10,744 bases of DNA from NCBI GenBank assembly GCA_000004985.1, contig GG739020.1. One strand, written 5' to 3'. The DNA is from Naegleria gruberi. Lineage: Eukaryota. The notes below the pieces were generated by a model that had not been told where the DNA came from, did not search any database, and worked only from the letters and a program-made list of their open reading frames with translations. This document shows positions 1 through 9,595 of this stretch, in pieces; positions within the stretch are counted from its first letter, which is position 1; each line of letters opens with the position of its first letter. The translations under genes were made by a program, and so were the position numbers.

Positions 1-1301
1 ATATTTGAGAATGTAACATACTTAGCACAACAAGGATATTTTCTTATTAATTCTCGGGCAATGTCAACAGAGGATGAATTTTTCAAAATTAATTCGGCCA
101 TATCTTCATTCCATTCCACACCTTGATGTTGGATCATTTGCTTTATAAGGGCATGATCATTCAATACTGTAGTGAGATGATCAAGACTAAGATAGTTGGC
201 AACCAAAATATTCTTGTTCATTGCCTTTACAATAACCTGTTCATCCAATGTAATCTCTGTGGTGCCCATTAAAAAAGCTTTGTGTGAAATATCAAGAAGT
301 TTCAAAAGTTGTTCTTTCGAGGAAATCAAGTTTGAGTTGAGCAATTCAGATTCATTAACTTTGGAAGTGAGAATCGATTCAATTAAATTGGAATAGAATG
401 GGTAGCTTTTTTCAACCCAATAGATGGCTCTCCAGTCATTTGAAACAGATTTGAAGATGGAAAAGTGACTCTTTCTAATATTTTCACCAGCTCTTTGAAT
501 AGCCATCCCACTTGTGAATATGGAAGTCTCAAACAAATCCTGTCTATTTCTAAATTCTCTATTTAGGTAGTAAAATGAATCTCCGTTCAATTCTACGGCT
601 TTCTTTACAAAATCTTCATCTTGTCTCAGATTGAATGGAAGAAACTTGAAAGCAGCTCCATTATTTCTAATGGCTTCAAGAACAATATCTCGATTTTGAA
701 GAATATCTGGATGTGCGTAATAGAGAAATAATCCATTTTCCTTGACACGAGCTTTTATATATTCTGGATCATTTCGTAATTCATGTGAAATTTCTTCCAA
801 AGTGTCAATTTCACCGTGGTTAGTCTTAATCTTCTTTGTTTGCCTGTTTTTTGGTAGATCAGGAATAGAAAGACTTGAGTCATTATGATCTGAAGGGTTG
901 AGCATGAGTTTTGAATCACCCTGCCACCAATTTGCTCTGTTACATACGGCATCAGAAAGTGTTTCTCCCTTTCCAAAAATAAATATTCCCTCTGTTGAAA
1001 TAGGAGATTTAACAGCCCAAACAACAGATTTTGTAGGTCTTGTACAATATTCCAAAGGAATAATTAAGGAATTGGTTAAGGAAAATAATTGGTCCTCCTT
1101 GTACCATTCCAGGAACAATTTGGTTTGGTTGACAAAGGTACTCTTTAGGGGACCACTAAAGGTTGATAAATCAAGATGGACAACCACTGGATCCTGTTCT
1201 TCTTCTGTTGATGTCCTTGCTTCTTGTGATGGATTCATGATTCGTCTTGTTGTTTTGATTTTTTTTATAAATAAAATGGTTATTTGATGCTTGGCATACA
1301 T
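1..1301 (-). CDS. DUF4116-repeat protein, 3'-partial. The C-terminus lies beyond the window start. The longest ORF starts at the ATG at 1301..1299, and an in-frame alternative start is at 1238..1236.
   Basis: I translated the reverse strand by hand. The reading frame stays open from the ATG at 1301 (preceded in frame by a TAA at 1307..1305) to position 1, with no stop in about 433 codons. That is very unlikely by chance in AT-rich DNA. The translation begins MYAKHQITILFIKKIKTTRRIMNPSQEARTSTEEEQDPVVVHLDL. It contains ...ISHELRNDPEYIKARVKENGLFLYYAHPDILQNRDIVLEAIRNNGAAFKFLPFNLRQDEDFVKKAVELNGDSFYYLNREFRNRQDLF... and continues to ...DIARELIRKYPCCAKYVTFSN at the window edge. The ORF track omits it because there is no in-window stop. 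Its + strand entries 196..396 and 898..1287 and its minus entry 755..1024 are antisense or off-frame shadows of this gene. Confidence 0.85.
   Translation of the reverse strand, partial: MYAKHQITILFIKKIKTTRRIMNPSQEARTSTEEEQDPVVVHLDLSTFSGPLKSTFVNQTKLFLEWYKEDQLFSLTNSLIIPLEYCTRPTKSVVWAVKSPISTEGIFIFGKGETLSDAVCNRANWWQGDSKLMLNPSDHNDSSLSIPDLPKNRQTKKIKTNHGEIDTLEEISHELRNDPEYIKARVKENGLFLYYAHPDILQNRDIVLEAIRNNGAAFKFLPFNLRQDEDFVKKAVELNGDSFYYLNREFRNRQDLFETSIFTSGMAIQRAGENIRKSHFSIFKSVSNDWRAIYWVEKSYPFYSNLIESILTSKVNESELLNSNLISSKEQLLKLLDISHKAFLMGTTEITLDEQVIVKAMNKNILVANYLSLDHLTTVLNDHALIKQMIQHQGVEWNEDMAELILKNSSSVDIARELIRKYPCCAKYVTFSN
528..791 (-). other. Three tandem repeats of about 29 aa inside the CDS. The motif is ELRNDxE[VI]VLxA[VI][KR]xNGxA[LF]xY[AL], which matches the DUF4116 repeat signature as I recall it.
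   Basis: This covers residues about 150-237 of the translation. The pattern 'NG-hydrophobic-hydrophobic-x-Y' followed by 'ELRND/NLRQD/EFRNR' then 'hhhxAh+xNG' repeats with a period of about 29 aa. Downstream helical segments (DEQVIVKAMNKNILVANYLSLDHL...) look like degenerate additional copies. Confidence 0.6.
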
Positions 1302-1374
1302 ATTTTAAAGTTGGAATTGAGCCTATTTTTGTATGAATGGTGGAAATTGCGTTACATCTAAGGTTTCCTTAATA

Positions 1375-2678
1375 NNNNNNNNNNNNNNNNNNNNNNNNNN
1401 NNNNNNNNNNNNNNNNNNNNNNNNNNNNNNNNNNNNNNNNNNNNNNNNNNNNNNNNNNNNNNNNNNNNNNNNNNNNNNNNNNNNNNNNNNNNNNNNNNNN
1501 NNNNNNNNNNNNNNNNNNNNNNNNNNNNNNNNNNNNNNNNNNNNNNNNNNNNNNNNNNNNNNNNNNNNNNNNNNNNNNNNNNNNNNNNNNNNNNNNNNNN
1601 NNNNNNNNNNNNNNNNNNNNNNNNNNNNNNNNNNNNNNNNNNNNNNNNNNNNNNNNNNNNNNNNNNNNNNNNNNNNNNNNNNNNNNNNNNNNNNNNNNNN
1701 NNNNNNNNNNNNNNNNNNNNNNNNNNNNNNNNNNNNNNNNNNNNNNNNNNNNNNNNNNNNNNNNNNNNNNNNNNNNNNNNNNNNNNNNNNNNNNNNNNNN
1801 NNNNNNNNNNNNNNNNNNNNNNNNNNNNNNNNNNNNNNNNNNNNNNNNNNNNNNNNNNNNNNNNNNNNNNNNNNNNNNNNNNNNNNNNNNNNNNNNNNNN
1901 NNNNNNNNNNNNNNNNNNNNNNNNNNNNNNNNNNNNNNNNNNNNNNNNNNNNNNNNNNNNNNNNNNNNNNNNNNNNNNNNNNNNNNNNNNNNNNNNNNNN
2001 NNNNNNNNNNNNNNNNNNNNNNNNNNNNNNNNNNNNNNNNNNNNNNNNNNNNNNNNNNNNNNNNNNNNNNNNNNNNNNNNNNNNNNNNNNNNNNNNNNNN
2101 NNNNNNNNNNNNNNNNNNNNNNNNNNNNNNNNNNNNNNNNNNNNNNNNNNNNNNNNNNNNNNNNNNNNNNNNNNNNNNNNNNNNNNNNNNNNNNNNNNNN
2201 NNNNNNNNNNNNNNNNNNNNNNNNNNNNNNNNNNNNNNNNNNNNNNNNNNNNNNNNNNNNNNNNNNNNNNNNNNNNNNNNNNNNNNNNNNNNNNNNNNNN
2301 NNNNNNNNNNNNNNNNNNNNNNNNNNNNNNNNNNNNNNNNNNNNNNNNNNNNNNNNNNNNNNNNNNNNNNNNNNNNNNNNNNNNNNNNNNNNNNNNNNNN
2401 NNNNNNNNNNNNNNNNNNNNNNNNNNNNNNNNNNNNNNNNNNNNNNNNNNNNNNNNNNNNNNNNNNNNNNNNNNNNNNNNNNNNNNNNNNNNNNNNNNNN
2501 NNNNNNNNNNNNNNNNNNNNNNNNNNNNNNNNNNNNNNNNNNNNNNNNNNNNNNNNNNNNNNNNNNNNNNNNNNNNNNNNNNNNNNNNNNNNNNNNNNNN
2601 NNNNNNNNNNNNNNNNNNNNNNNNNNNNNNNNNNNNNNNNNNNNNNNNNNNNNNNNNNNNNNNNNNNNNNNNNNNNNN
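1375..2678. other. Hard-masked block of 1304 N. Its content (repeat, gene or gap) cannot be determined.
   Basis: Contiguous run of n. On the right flank, all three minus-strand frames and all three + frames hit stops within about 12 codons of the block edge. So no CDS extends far out of it to the right. Confidence 0.99.
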
Positions 2679-2799
2679 GAATATTTAATTATTCTTTATT
2701 AAACTTCCACTTCTAATAATCACCATCACTAGTAATAAAATAAATATGAAATTACAACTATATTTCTTAATAACTTAACTGATAAATAATATGAATAAT

Positions 2800-3250
2800 G
2801 TTTAATAAGAGTTGTAGTATTGAATATCATGTTATTGTTTAATTGTTGATTTGTTGTTGAAGACAAAATTGATGGTTAGGAATTAAGATACTGTTGATAT
2901 TGTTGTTATTGTGTTTGATGACATCAATATTTTGCTTGTTGTTGTTTCATCATTCATTGTTGTTAGAATTTTGTTGAGTAGTTGTGGTAGTATTATTGTA
3001 AACAATAGGAGTAGTGGTTGTTGTTGAATTATTGAAGATGATGTTGTTCAACTACTGCTGTGATATTATTTTCATCCCGATATATTGTTGTTGTTGTGTT
3101 GAATGGTATTATTATTGTTAAATAAGGTTAAGGAAAAGTAAAGAGGTATTGGATGTTAATAATATTGTTGATGTGATATTGGAAGTAGTTTAAGTTAAAG
3201 GTAAGTTGTTCATAATTGACGTGTGGTTGTTTTTTTTTATTATGTTGGCG
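2800..3250 (+). repeat. GT-rich, C-depleted cryptic simple sequence. Interrupted (TTG)n/(GTT)n tracts, which read as (CAA)n on the minus strand.
   Basis: The + strand has only about 20 C in about 430 nt. There are repeated 'ttgttgttg' blocks at about 2848-2864, 2895-2912, 2935-2951, 2955-2970, 3016-3034, 3082-3106 and 3161-3175, and a T9 run at 3231-3239. No convincing ORF is present. The minus 3128..3334 ORF is low-complexity and rejected. Confidence 0.8.
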
Positions 3251-3313
3251 CCAAATAATCCTTAAGTTTCTTTTGTAAGCGAAAACCGTAGATACTGTAT
3301 AATAATGATAGAT

Positions 3314-3413
3314 GTTTATTATGGTGGCAACCATTATGAATATTTATAATGGTGGTTCATGATGTCTTAAAGTAACAACTATGATAAATATTTATAATGG
3401 TGGCTATGAATAG
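3314..3413. repeat. Cluster of three copies of the motif T(T/A)ATGGTGG, with AT-rich dyad-symmetric cores.
   Basis: 'tattatggtgg' lies at 3317-3327. 'tatgaatatttataatggtgg' lies at 3335-3355. 'tatgataaatatttataatggtgg' lies at 3380-3403. 'ccattatgaatatttataatgg' (3331-3352) is a 20/22 palindrome. Related copies are 'tatgaatggtgg' at 1332-1343 and 'taatggtg' at 3587-3594. Confidence 0.6.
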
Positions 3414-3664
3414 TCTAATACTATCACTTCAACAAAACACATGAAAATGCTTTATTCGATGAGTAGAGATTGAACATTAAGTTTATTTACTTTGATATTC
3501 ATAATTTCAACAGATACGTACCACTAAGAAGCTAGGACGAAAATATGGAAGAATAAAAACCACCTTATTGTGTTGTTGAATCATCTTAATGGTGAAACAG
3601 GGTGGAACCTGGTTTTAAGGATGTAATATTTTTGTTCTTCATAGCAAATAATGTAAATGGTTTA

Positions 3665-3880
3665 GTTTTCATATATTTTAGTCACCTTTCAGTAAGGTAA
3701 AGGGTGAAATGGGAAGTTCACATGGTCAACAATGAAAAGGAAATCCTGTAAAATGACCACTCAATGCAACTTTACCATAAGGTTCTACATCTTAAATAAT
3801 GTATGCGGTTCAATTTTCAGACATTTTGGTGAATATTCCATCTTTCAGTAAGGTAAAGAGTGATTTATCAAGGTTGACTT
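3665..3880 (+). repeat. Two-copy direct repeat spaced about 156 bp apart. The core is 'ctttcagtaaggtaaagRgtga' and it can form a short hairpin.
   Basis: Copy 1 is at 3686-3707 (ctttcagtaaggtaaagggtga) and copy 2 at 3842-3863 (ctttcagtaaggtaaagagtga), a 21/22 match. The flanks are also similar: 'ttttca.a.atttt.g' upstream and 'gggaag' downstream. In copy 1, 'tcaccttt' pairs with 'aaagg(g)tga' around the loop 'cagtaaggt'. Confidence 0.6.
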
Positions 3881-4376
3881 GGGAAGATTAGGAGGAAATC
3901 TTCAAATAGAAAACCACATCCTCTATCTACAAAAAATATATCAATCGAATGGAAATCAATAATACATCTCGAAAATATAATTTATTTTATGGTTTGAATT
4001 CTCTCCTTTAAACCTCTTTTAGTCAATTAAGACAATTAAGGATGATACTATAAGGAAAGTTACCAATCTCAAAATAAATGATAATATCATGTTATACATC
4101 TCAAATAGGGCGGTCTTTCTTCAAATTATATATTTTCATTTCAAGAAATACATCCGGTAGATAGTACATGGTGATATTTCAAGTGAATGGAAATCTGAAA
4201 GGTACAGAAACAACTCCATTTTCACTGAAATTGATATCATGATATATAGACACTCTAATTTGCATATGGTATCAATCTCATAAATAAATATTGGTTCAGT
4301 AGATGTCGAGATGTCAACTCTATCACTTTACTATAGACTTTTGACATGATATCATAGATTATTAACTCCAACTCAC

Positions 4377-4381
4377 TCATT
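4377..4381 (+). promoter_or_regulatory. Initiator-like element TCATT, 24 nt upstream of the ATG at 4403 that opens into the masked block.
   Basis: The TCA(+1)YW pattern is seen directly. It only means something if the host uses a parabasalid-type Inr, which is an inference. Confidence 0.25.
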
Positions 4382-4406
4382 TTACATACAATCAGTCTAG
4401 AAATGA

Positions 4407-7400
4407 NNNNNNNNNNNNNNNNNNNNNNNNNNNNNNNNNNNNNNNNNNNNNNNNNNNNNNNNNNNNNNNNNNNNNNNNNNNNNNNNNNNNNNNNNNNNNN
4501 NNNNNNNNNNNNNNNNNNNNNNNNNNNNNNNNNNNNNNNNNNNNNNNNNNNNNNNNNNNNNNNNNNNNNNNNNNNNNNNNNNNNNNNNNNNNNNNNNNNN
4601 NNNNNNNNNNNNNNNNNNNNNNNNNNNNNNNNNNNNNNNNNNNNNNNNNNNNNNNNNNNNNNNNNNNNNNNNNNNNNNNNNNNNNNNNNNNNNNNNNNNN
4701 NNNNNNNNNNNNNNNNNNNNNNNNNNNNNNNNNNNNNNNNNNNNNNNNNNNNNNNNNNNNNNNNNNNNNNNNNNNNNNNNNNNNNNNNNNNNNNNNNNNN
4801 NNNNNNNNNNNNNNNNNNNNNNNNNNNNNNNNNNNNNNNNNNNNNNNNNNNNNNNNNNNNNNNNNNNNNNNNNNNNNNNNNNNNNNNNNNNNNNNNNNNN
4901 NNNNNNNNNNNNNNNNNNNNNNNNNNNNNNNNNNNNNNNNNNNNNNNNNNNNNNNNNNNNNNNNNNNNNNNNNNNNNNNNNNNNNNNNNNNNNNNNNNNN
5001 NNNNNNNNNNNNNNNNNNNNNNNNNNNNNNNNNNNNNNNNNNNNNNNNNNNNNNNNNNNNNNNNNNNNNNNNNNNNNNNNNNNNNNNNNNNNNNNNNNNN
5101 NNNNNNNNNNNNNNNNNNNNNNNNNNNNNNNNNNNNNNNNNNNNNNNNNNNNNNNNNNNNNNNNNNNNNNNNNNNNNNNNNNNNNNNNNNNNNNNNNNNN
5201 NNNNNNNNNNNNNNNNNNNNNNNNNNNNNNNNNNNNNNNNNNNNNNNNNNNNNNNNNNNNNNNNNNNNNNNNNNNNNNNNNNNNNNNNNNNNNNNNNNNN
5301 NNNNNNNNNNNNNNNNNNNNNNNNNNNNNNNNNNNNNNNNNNNNNNNNNNNNNNNNNNNNNNNNNNNNNNNNNNNNNNNNNNNNNNNNNNNNNNNNNNNN
5401 NNNNNNNNNNNNNNNNNNNNNNNNNNNNNNNNNNNNNNNNNNNNNNNNNNNNNNNNNNNNNNNNNNNNNNNNNNNNNNNNNNNNNNNNNNNNNNNNNNNN
5501 NNNNNNNNNNNNNNNNNNNNNNNNNNNNNNNNNNNNNNNNNNNNNNNNNNNNNNNNNNNNNNNNNNNNNNNNNNNNNNNNNNNNNNNNNNNNNNNNNNNN
5601 NNNNNNNNNNNNNNNNNNNNNNNNNNNNNNNNNNNNNNNNNNNNNNNNNNNNNNNNNNNNNNNNNNNNNNNNNNNNNNNNNNNNNNNNNNNNNNNNNNNN
5701 NNNNNNNNNNNNNNNNNNNNNNNNNNNNNNNNNNNNNNNNNNNNNNNNNNNNNNNNNNNNNNNNNNNNNNNNNNNNNNNNNNNNNNNNNNNNNNNNNNNN
5801 NNNNNNNNNNNNNNNNNNNNNNNNNNNNNNNNNNNNNNNNNNNNNNNNNNNNNNNNNNNNNNNNNNNNNNNNNNNNNNNNNNNNNNNNNNNNNNNNNNNN
5901 NNNNNNNNNNNNNNNNNNNNNNNNNNNNNNNNNNNNNNNNNNNNNNNNNNNNNNNNNNNNNNNNNNNNNNNNNNNNNNNNNNNNNNNNNNNNNNNNNNNN
6001 NNNNNNNNNNNNNNNNNNNNNNNNNNNNNNNNNNNNNNNNNNNNNNNNNNNNNNNNNNNNNNNNNNNNNNNNNNNNNNNNNNNNNNNNNNNNNNNNNNNN
6101 NNNNNNNNNNNNNNNNNNNNNNNNNNNNNNNNNNNNNNNNNNNNNNNNNNNNNNNNNNNNNNNNNNNNNNNNNNNNNNNNNNNNNNNNNNNNNNNNNNNN
6201 NNNNNNNNNNNNNNNNNNNNNNNNNNNNNNNNNNNNNNNNNNNNNNNNNNNNNNNNNNNNNNNNNNNNNNNNNNNNNNNNNNNNNNNNNNNNNNNNNNNN
6301 NNNNNNNNNNNNNNNNNNNNNNNNNNNNNNNNNNNNNNNNNNNNNNNNNNNNNNNNNNNNNNNNNNNNNNNNNNNNNNNNNNNNNNNNNNNNNNNNNNNN
6401 NNNNNNNNNNNNNNNNNNNNNNNNNNNNNNNNNNNNNNNNNNNNNNNNNNNNNNNNNNNNNNNNNNNNNNNNNNNNNNNNNNNNNNNNNNNNNNNNNNNN
6501 NNNNNNNNNNNNNNNNNNNNNNNNNNNNNNNNNNNNNNNNNNNNNNNNNNNNNNNNNNNNNNNNNNNNNNNNNNNNNNNNNNNNNNNNNNNNNNNNNNNN
6601 NNNNNNNNNNNNNNNNNNNNNNNNNNNNNNNNNNNNNNNNNNNNNNNNNNNNNNNNNNNNNNNNNNNNNNNNNNNNNNNNNNNNNNNNNNNNNNNNNNNN
6701 NNNNNNNNNNNNNNNNNNNNNNNNNNNNNNNNNNNNNNNNNNNNNNNNNNNNNNNNNNNNNNNNNNNNNNNNNNNNNNNNNNNNNNNNNNNNNNNNNNNN
6801 NNNNNNNNNNNNNNNNNNNNNNNNNNNNNNNNNNNNNNNNNNNNNNNNNNNNNNNNNNNNNNNNNNNNNNNNNNNNNNNNNNNNNNNNNNNNNNNNNNNN
6901 NNNNNNNNNNNNNNNNNNNNNNNNNNNNNNNNNNNNNNNNNNNNNNNNNNNNNNNNNNNNNNNNNNNNNNNNNNNNNNNNNNNNNNNNNNNNNNNNNNNN
7001 NNNNNNNNNNNNNNNNNNNNNNNNNNNNNNNNNNNNNNNNNNNNNNNNNNNNNNNNNNNNNNNNNNNNNNNNNNNNNNNNNNNNNNNNNNNNNNNNNNNN
7101 NNNNNNNNNNNNNNNNNNNNNNNNNNNNNNNNNNNNNNNNNNNNNNNNNNNNNNNNNNNNNNNNNNNNNNNNNNNNNNNNNNNNNNNNNNNNNNNNNNNN
7201 NNNNNNNNNNNNNNNNNNNNNNNNNNNNNNNNNNNNNNNNNNNNNNNNNNNNNNNNNNNNNNNNNNNNNNNNNNNNNNNNNNNNNNNNNNNNNNNNNNNN
7301 NNNNNNNNNNNNNNNNNNNNNNNNNNNNNNNNNNNNNNNNNNNNNNNNNNNNNNNNNNNNNNNNNNNNNNNNNNNNNNNNNNNNNNNNNNNNNNNNNNNN

Positions 7401-9149
7401 NNNNNNNNNNNNNNNNNNNNNNNNNNNNNNNNNNNNNNNNNNNNNNNNNNNNNNNNNNNNNNNNNNNNNNNNNNNNNNNNNNNNNNNNNNNNNNNNNNNN
7501 NNNNNNNNNNNNNNNNNNNNNNNNNNNNNNNNNNNNNNNNNNNNNNNNNNNNNNNNNNNNNNNNNNNNNNNNNNNNNNNNNNNNNNNNNNNNNNNNNNNN
7601 NNNNNNNNNNNNNNNNNNNNNNNNNNNNNNNNNNNNNNNNNNNNNNNNNNNNNNNNNNNNNNNNNNNNNNNNNNNNNNNNNNNNNNNNNNNNNNNNNNNN
7701 NNNNNNNNNNNNNNNNNNNNNNNNNNNNNNNNNNNNNNNNNNNNNNNNNNNNNNNNNNNNNNNNNNNNNNNNNNNNNNNNNNNNNNNNNNNNNNNNNNNN
7801 NNNNNNNNNNNNNNNNNNNNNNNNNNNNNNNNNNNNNNNNNNNNNNNNNNNNNNNNNNNNNNNNNNNNNNNNNNNNNNNNNNNNNNNNNNNNNNNNNNNN
7901 NNNNNNNNNNNNNNNNNNNNNNNNNNNNNNNNNNNNNNNNNNNNNNNNNNNNNNNNNNNNNNNNNNNNNNNNNNNNNNNNNNNNNNNNNNNNNNNNNNNN
8001 NNNNNNNNNNNNNNNNNNNNNNNNNNNNNNNNNNNNNNNNNNNNNNNNNNNNNNNNNNNNNNNNNNNNNNNNNNNNNNNNNNNNNNNNNNNNNNNNNNNN
8101 NNNNNNNNNNNNNNNNNNNNNNNNNNNNNNNNNNNNNNNNNNNNNNNNNNNNNNNNNNNNNNNNNNNNNNNNNNNNNNNNNNNNNNNNNNNNNNNNNNNN
8201 NNNNNNNNNNNNNNNNNNNNNNNNNNNNNNNNNNNNNNNNNNNNNNNNNNNNNNNNNNNNNNNNNNNNNNNNNNNNNNNNNNNNNNNNNNNNNNNNNNNN
8301 NNNNNNNNNNNNNNNNNNNNNNNNNNNNNNNNNNNNNNNNNNNNNNNNNNNNNNNNNNNNNNNNNNNNNNNNNNNNNNNNNNNNNNNNNNNNNNNNNNNN
8401 NNNNNNNNNNNNNNNNNNNNNNNNNNNNNNNNNNNNNNNNNNNNNNNNNNNNNNNNNNNNNNNNNNNNNNNNNNNNNNNNNNNNNNNNNNNNNNNNNNNN
8501 NNNNNNNNNNNNNNNNNNNNNNNNNNNNNNNNNNNNNNNNNNNNNNNNNNNNNNNNNNNNNNNNNNNNNNNNNNNNNNNNNNNNNNNNNNNNNNNNNNNN
8601 NNNNNNNNNNNNNNNNNNNNNNNNNNNNNNNNNNNNNNNNNNNNNNNNNNNNNNNNNNNNNNNNNNNNNNNNNNNNNNNNNNNNNNNNNNNNNNNNNNNN
8701 NNNNNNNNNNNNNNNNNNNNNNNNNNNNNNNNNNNNNNNNNNNNNNNNNNNNNNNNNNNNNNNNNNNNNNNNNNNNNNNNNNNNNNNNNNNNNNNNNNNN
8801 NNNNNNNNNNNNNNNNNNNNNNNNNNNNNNNNNNNNNNNNNNNNNNNNNNNNNNNNNNNNNNNNNNNNNNNNNNNNNNNNNNNNNNNNNNNNNNNNNNNN
8901 NNNNNNNNNNNNNNNNNNNNNNNNNNNNNNNNNNNNNNNNNNNNNNNNNNNNNNNNNNNNNNNNNNNNNNNNNNNNNNNNNNNNNNNNNNNNNNNNNNNN
9001 NNNNNNNNNNNNNNNNNNNNNNNNNNNNNNNNNNNNNNNNNNNNNNNNNNNNNNNNNNNNNNNNNNNNNNNNNNNNNNNNNNNNNNNNNNNNNNNNNNNN
9101 NNNNNNNNNNNNNNNNNNNNNNNNNNNNNNNNNNNNNNNNNNNNNNNNN
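4407..9149. other. Hard-masked block of 4743 N. It probably covers most of one large + strand ORF, as described in the findings.
   Basis: Contiguous run of n. The + frame defined by the ATG at 4403 is the same frame as the 128-codon open segment at 9150-9535. Confidence 0.99.
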
Positions 9150-9535
9150 TATTACTAGCCGAAGTAATTTATACTGAATATATGCAAAACCAAGCCTGTA
9201 ATTCACTTTCAATAGTTTTTCATGCCATGAATAAGGAGTCTTTACCAATTACCAATTCAAAATACCATGATGTGGTATTCATAGAAAATCGAAATGAAAT
9301 TGCACAACTGTTTGGGGAAGAATTTGCTTCTGCCATTTCTGTTTTTCTTTCCAAGAAGCACAACACAGATACTGAGAAATCAACAAATAATCAGATTTCC
9401 TGTCAGTGTAAGATAGGTAGCATTCATTGCTTTAATTGTGTTTGTGCAAAGCAGGGTCAAAAATGCTCGTCCTCATGTCTTTGTAAAGGAGATTGTGAAC
9501 GAACCAAATATGGATTAAACTCAAGCTATCAATAA
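9150..9535 (+). CDS. C-terminal 128 codons of an ORF emerging from the masked block. It ends in a 9-Cys CXC (tesmin/TSO1/LIN54-like) zinc-cluster motif, with a TAA stop at 9533-9535. It may be the end of one 1710-codon ORF starting at 4403, or a separate short gene starting at the ATG at 9182.
   Basis: The frame is open from the block edge to the stop. The translation reads ...LLAEVIYTEYMQNQACNSLSIVFHAMNKESLPITNSKYHDVVFIENRNEIAQLFGEEFASAISVFLSKKHNTDTEKSTNNQISCQCKIGSIHCFNCVCAKQGQKCSSSCLCKGDCERTKYGLNSSYQ*. The Cys spacing is C-x-C-x6-C-x2-C-x-C-x6-C-x3-C-x-C-x3-C. The stop is followed by A, giving TAAA. The opposite-strand ORF (minus, start 9248) shows no recognisable motif. Confidence 0.55.
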
Positions 9536-9595
9536 ACTAAAATAACCTGTCTCAATACTATGCGGAATTTGCCTTAATAATTTTCTGAGCATAAG

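Noticed and set aside
196-396. ORF-track + strand ORF of 66 aa
   Set aside because: It lies antisense to the long stop-free minus-strand CDS (1..1301). It has no recognisable motif. It is a typical antisense shadow ORF.
755-1024. ORF-track minus-strand ORF of 89 aa
   Set aside because: It is the same strand as the real CDS but in a different frame. The real frame stays open for more than 430 codons and carries the conserved repeats.
898-1287. ORF-track + strand ORF of 129 aa
   Set aside because: It is antisense to the DUF4116-repeat CDS. Its product is low-complexity (..SSSVDVLASCDGFMIRLVVLIFFINKMVI) with no motif.
1333-2688. ORF-track + ORF of 451 aa made almost entirely of X
   Set aside because: This is an artifact of translating N as X. 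Only 14 real codons lie before the mask and 3 after it.
3128-3334. ORF-track minus-strand ORF of 68 aa
   Set aside because: It lies in the (CAA)n/(TTG)n low-complexity tract. The product is compositionally biased (N/I/Y/Q-rich) with no motif. It is probably a chance ORF.
4234-4355. Perfect AT-rich palindromes 'atatcatgatat' (4234-4245) and 'atgatatcat' (4346-4355)
   Set aside because: With this base composition, about 1-3 perfect 10-12-nt palindromes are expected by chance in 1.7 kb. They are not distinctive enough to call a site.
4392-9248. ORF-track minus-strand ORF of 1618 aa through the mask
   Set aside because: This is an artifact of N=X. Its readable 5' part (9150-9248) is antisense to the CXC-containing + ORF tail and has no motif. 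Its readable 3' end is only 4 codons.
9533-9570. TAAA at the stop plus a downstream GAATT, as a polyadenylation signal
   Set aside because: This is only meaningful if the host is parabasalid-like, and the elements are too short to stand alone. It is kept as supporting context, not as a feature.
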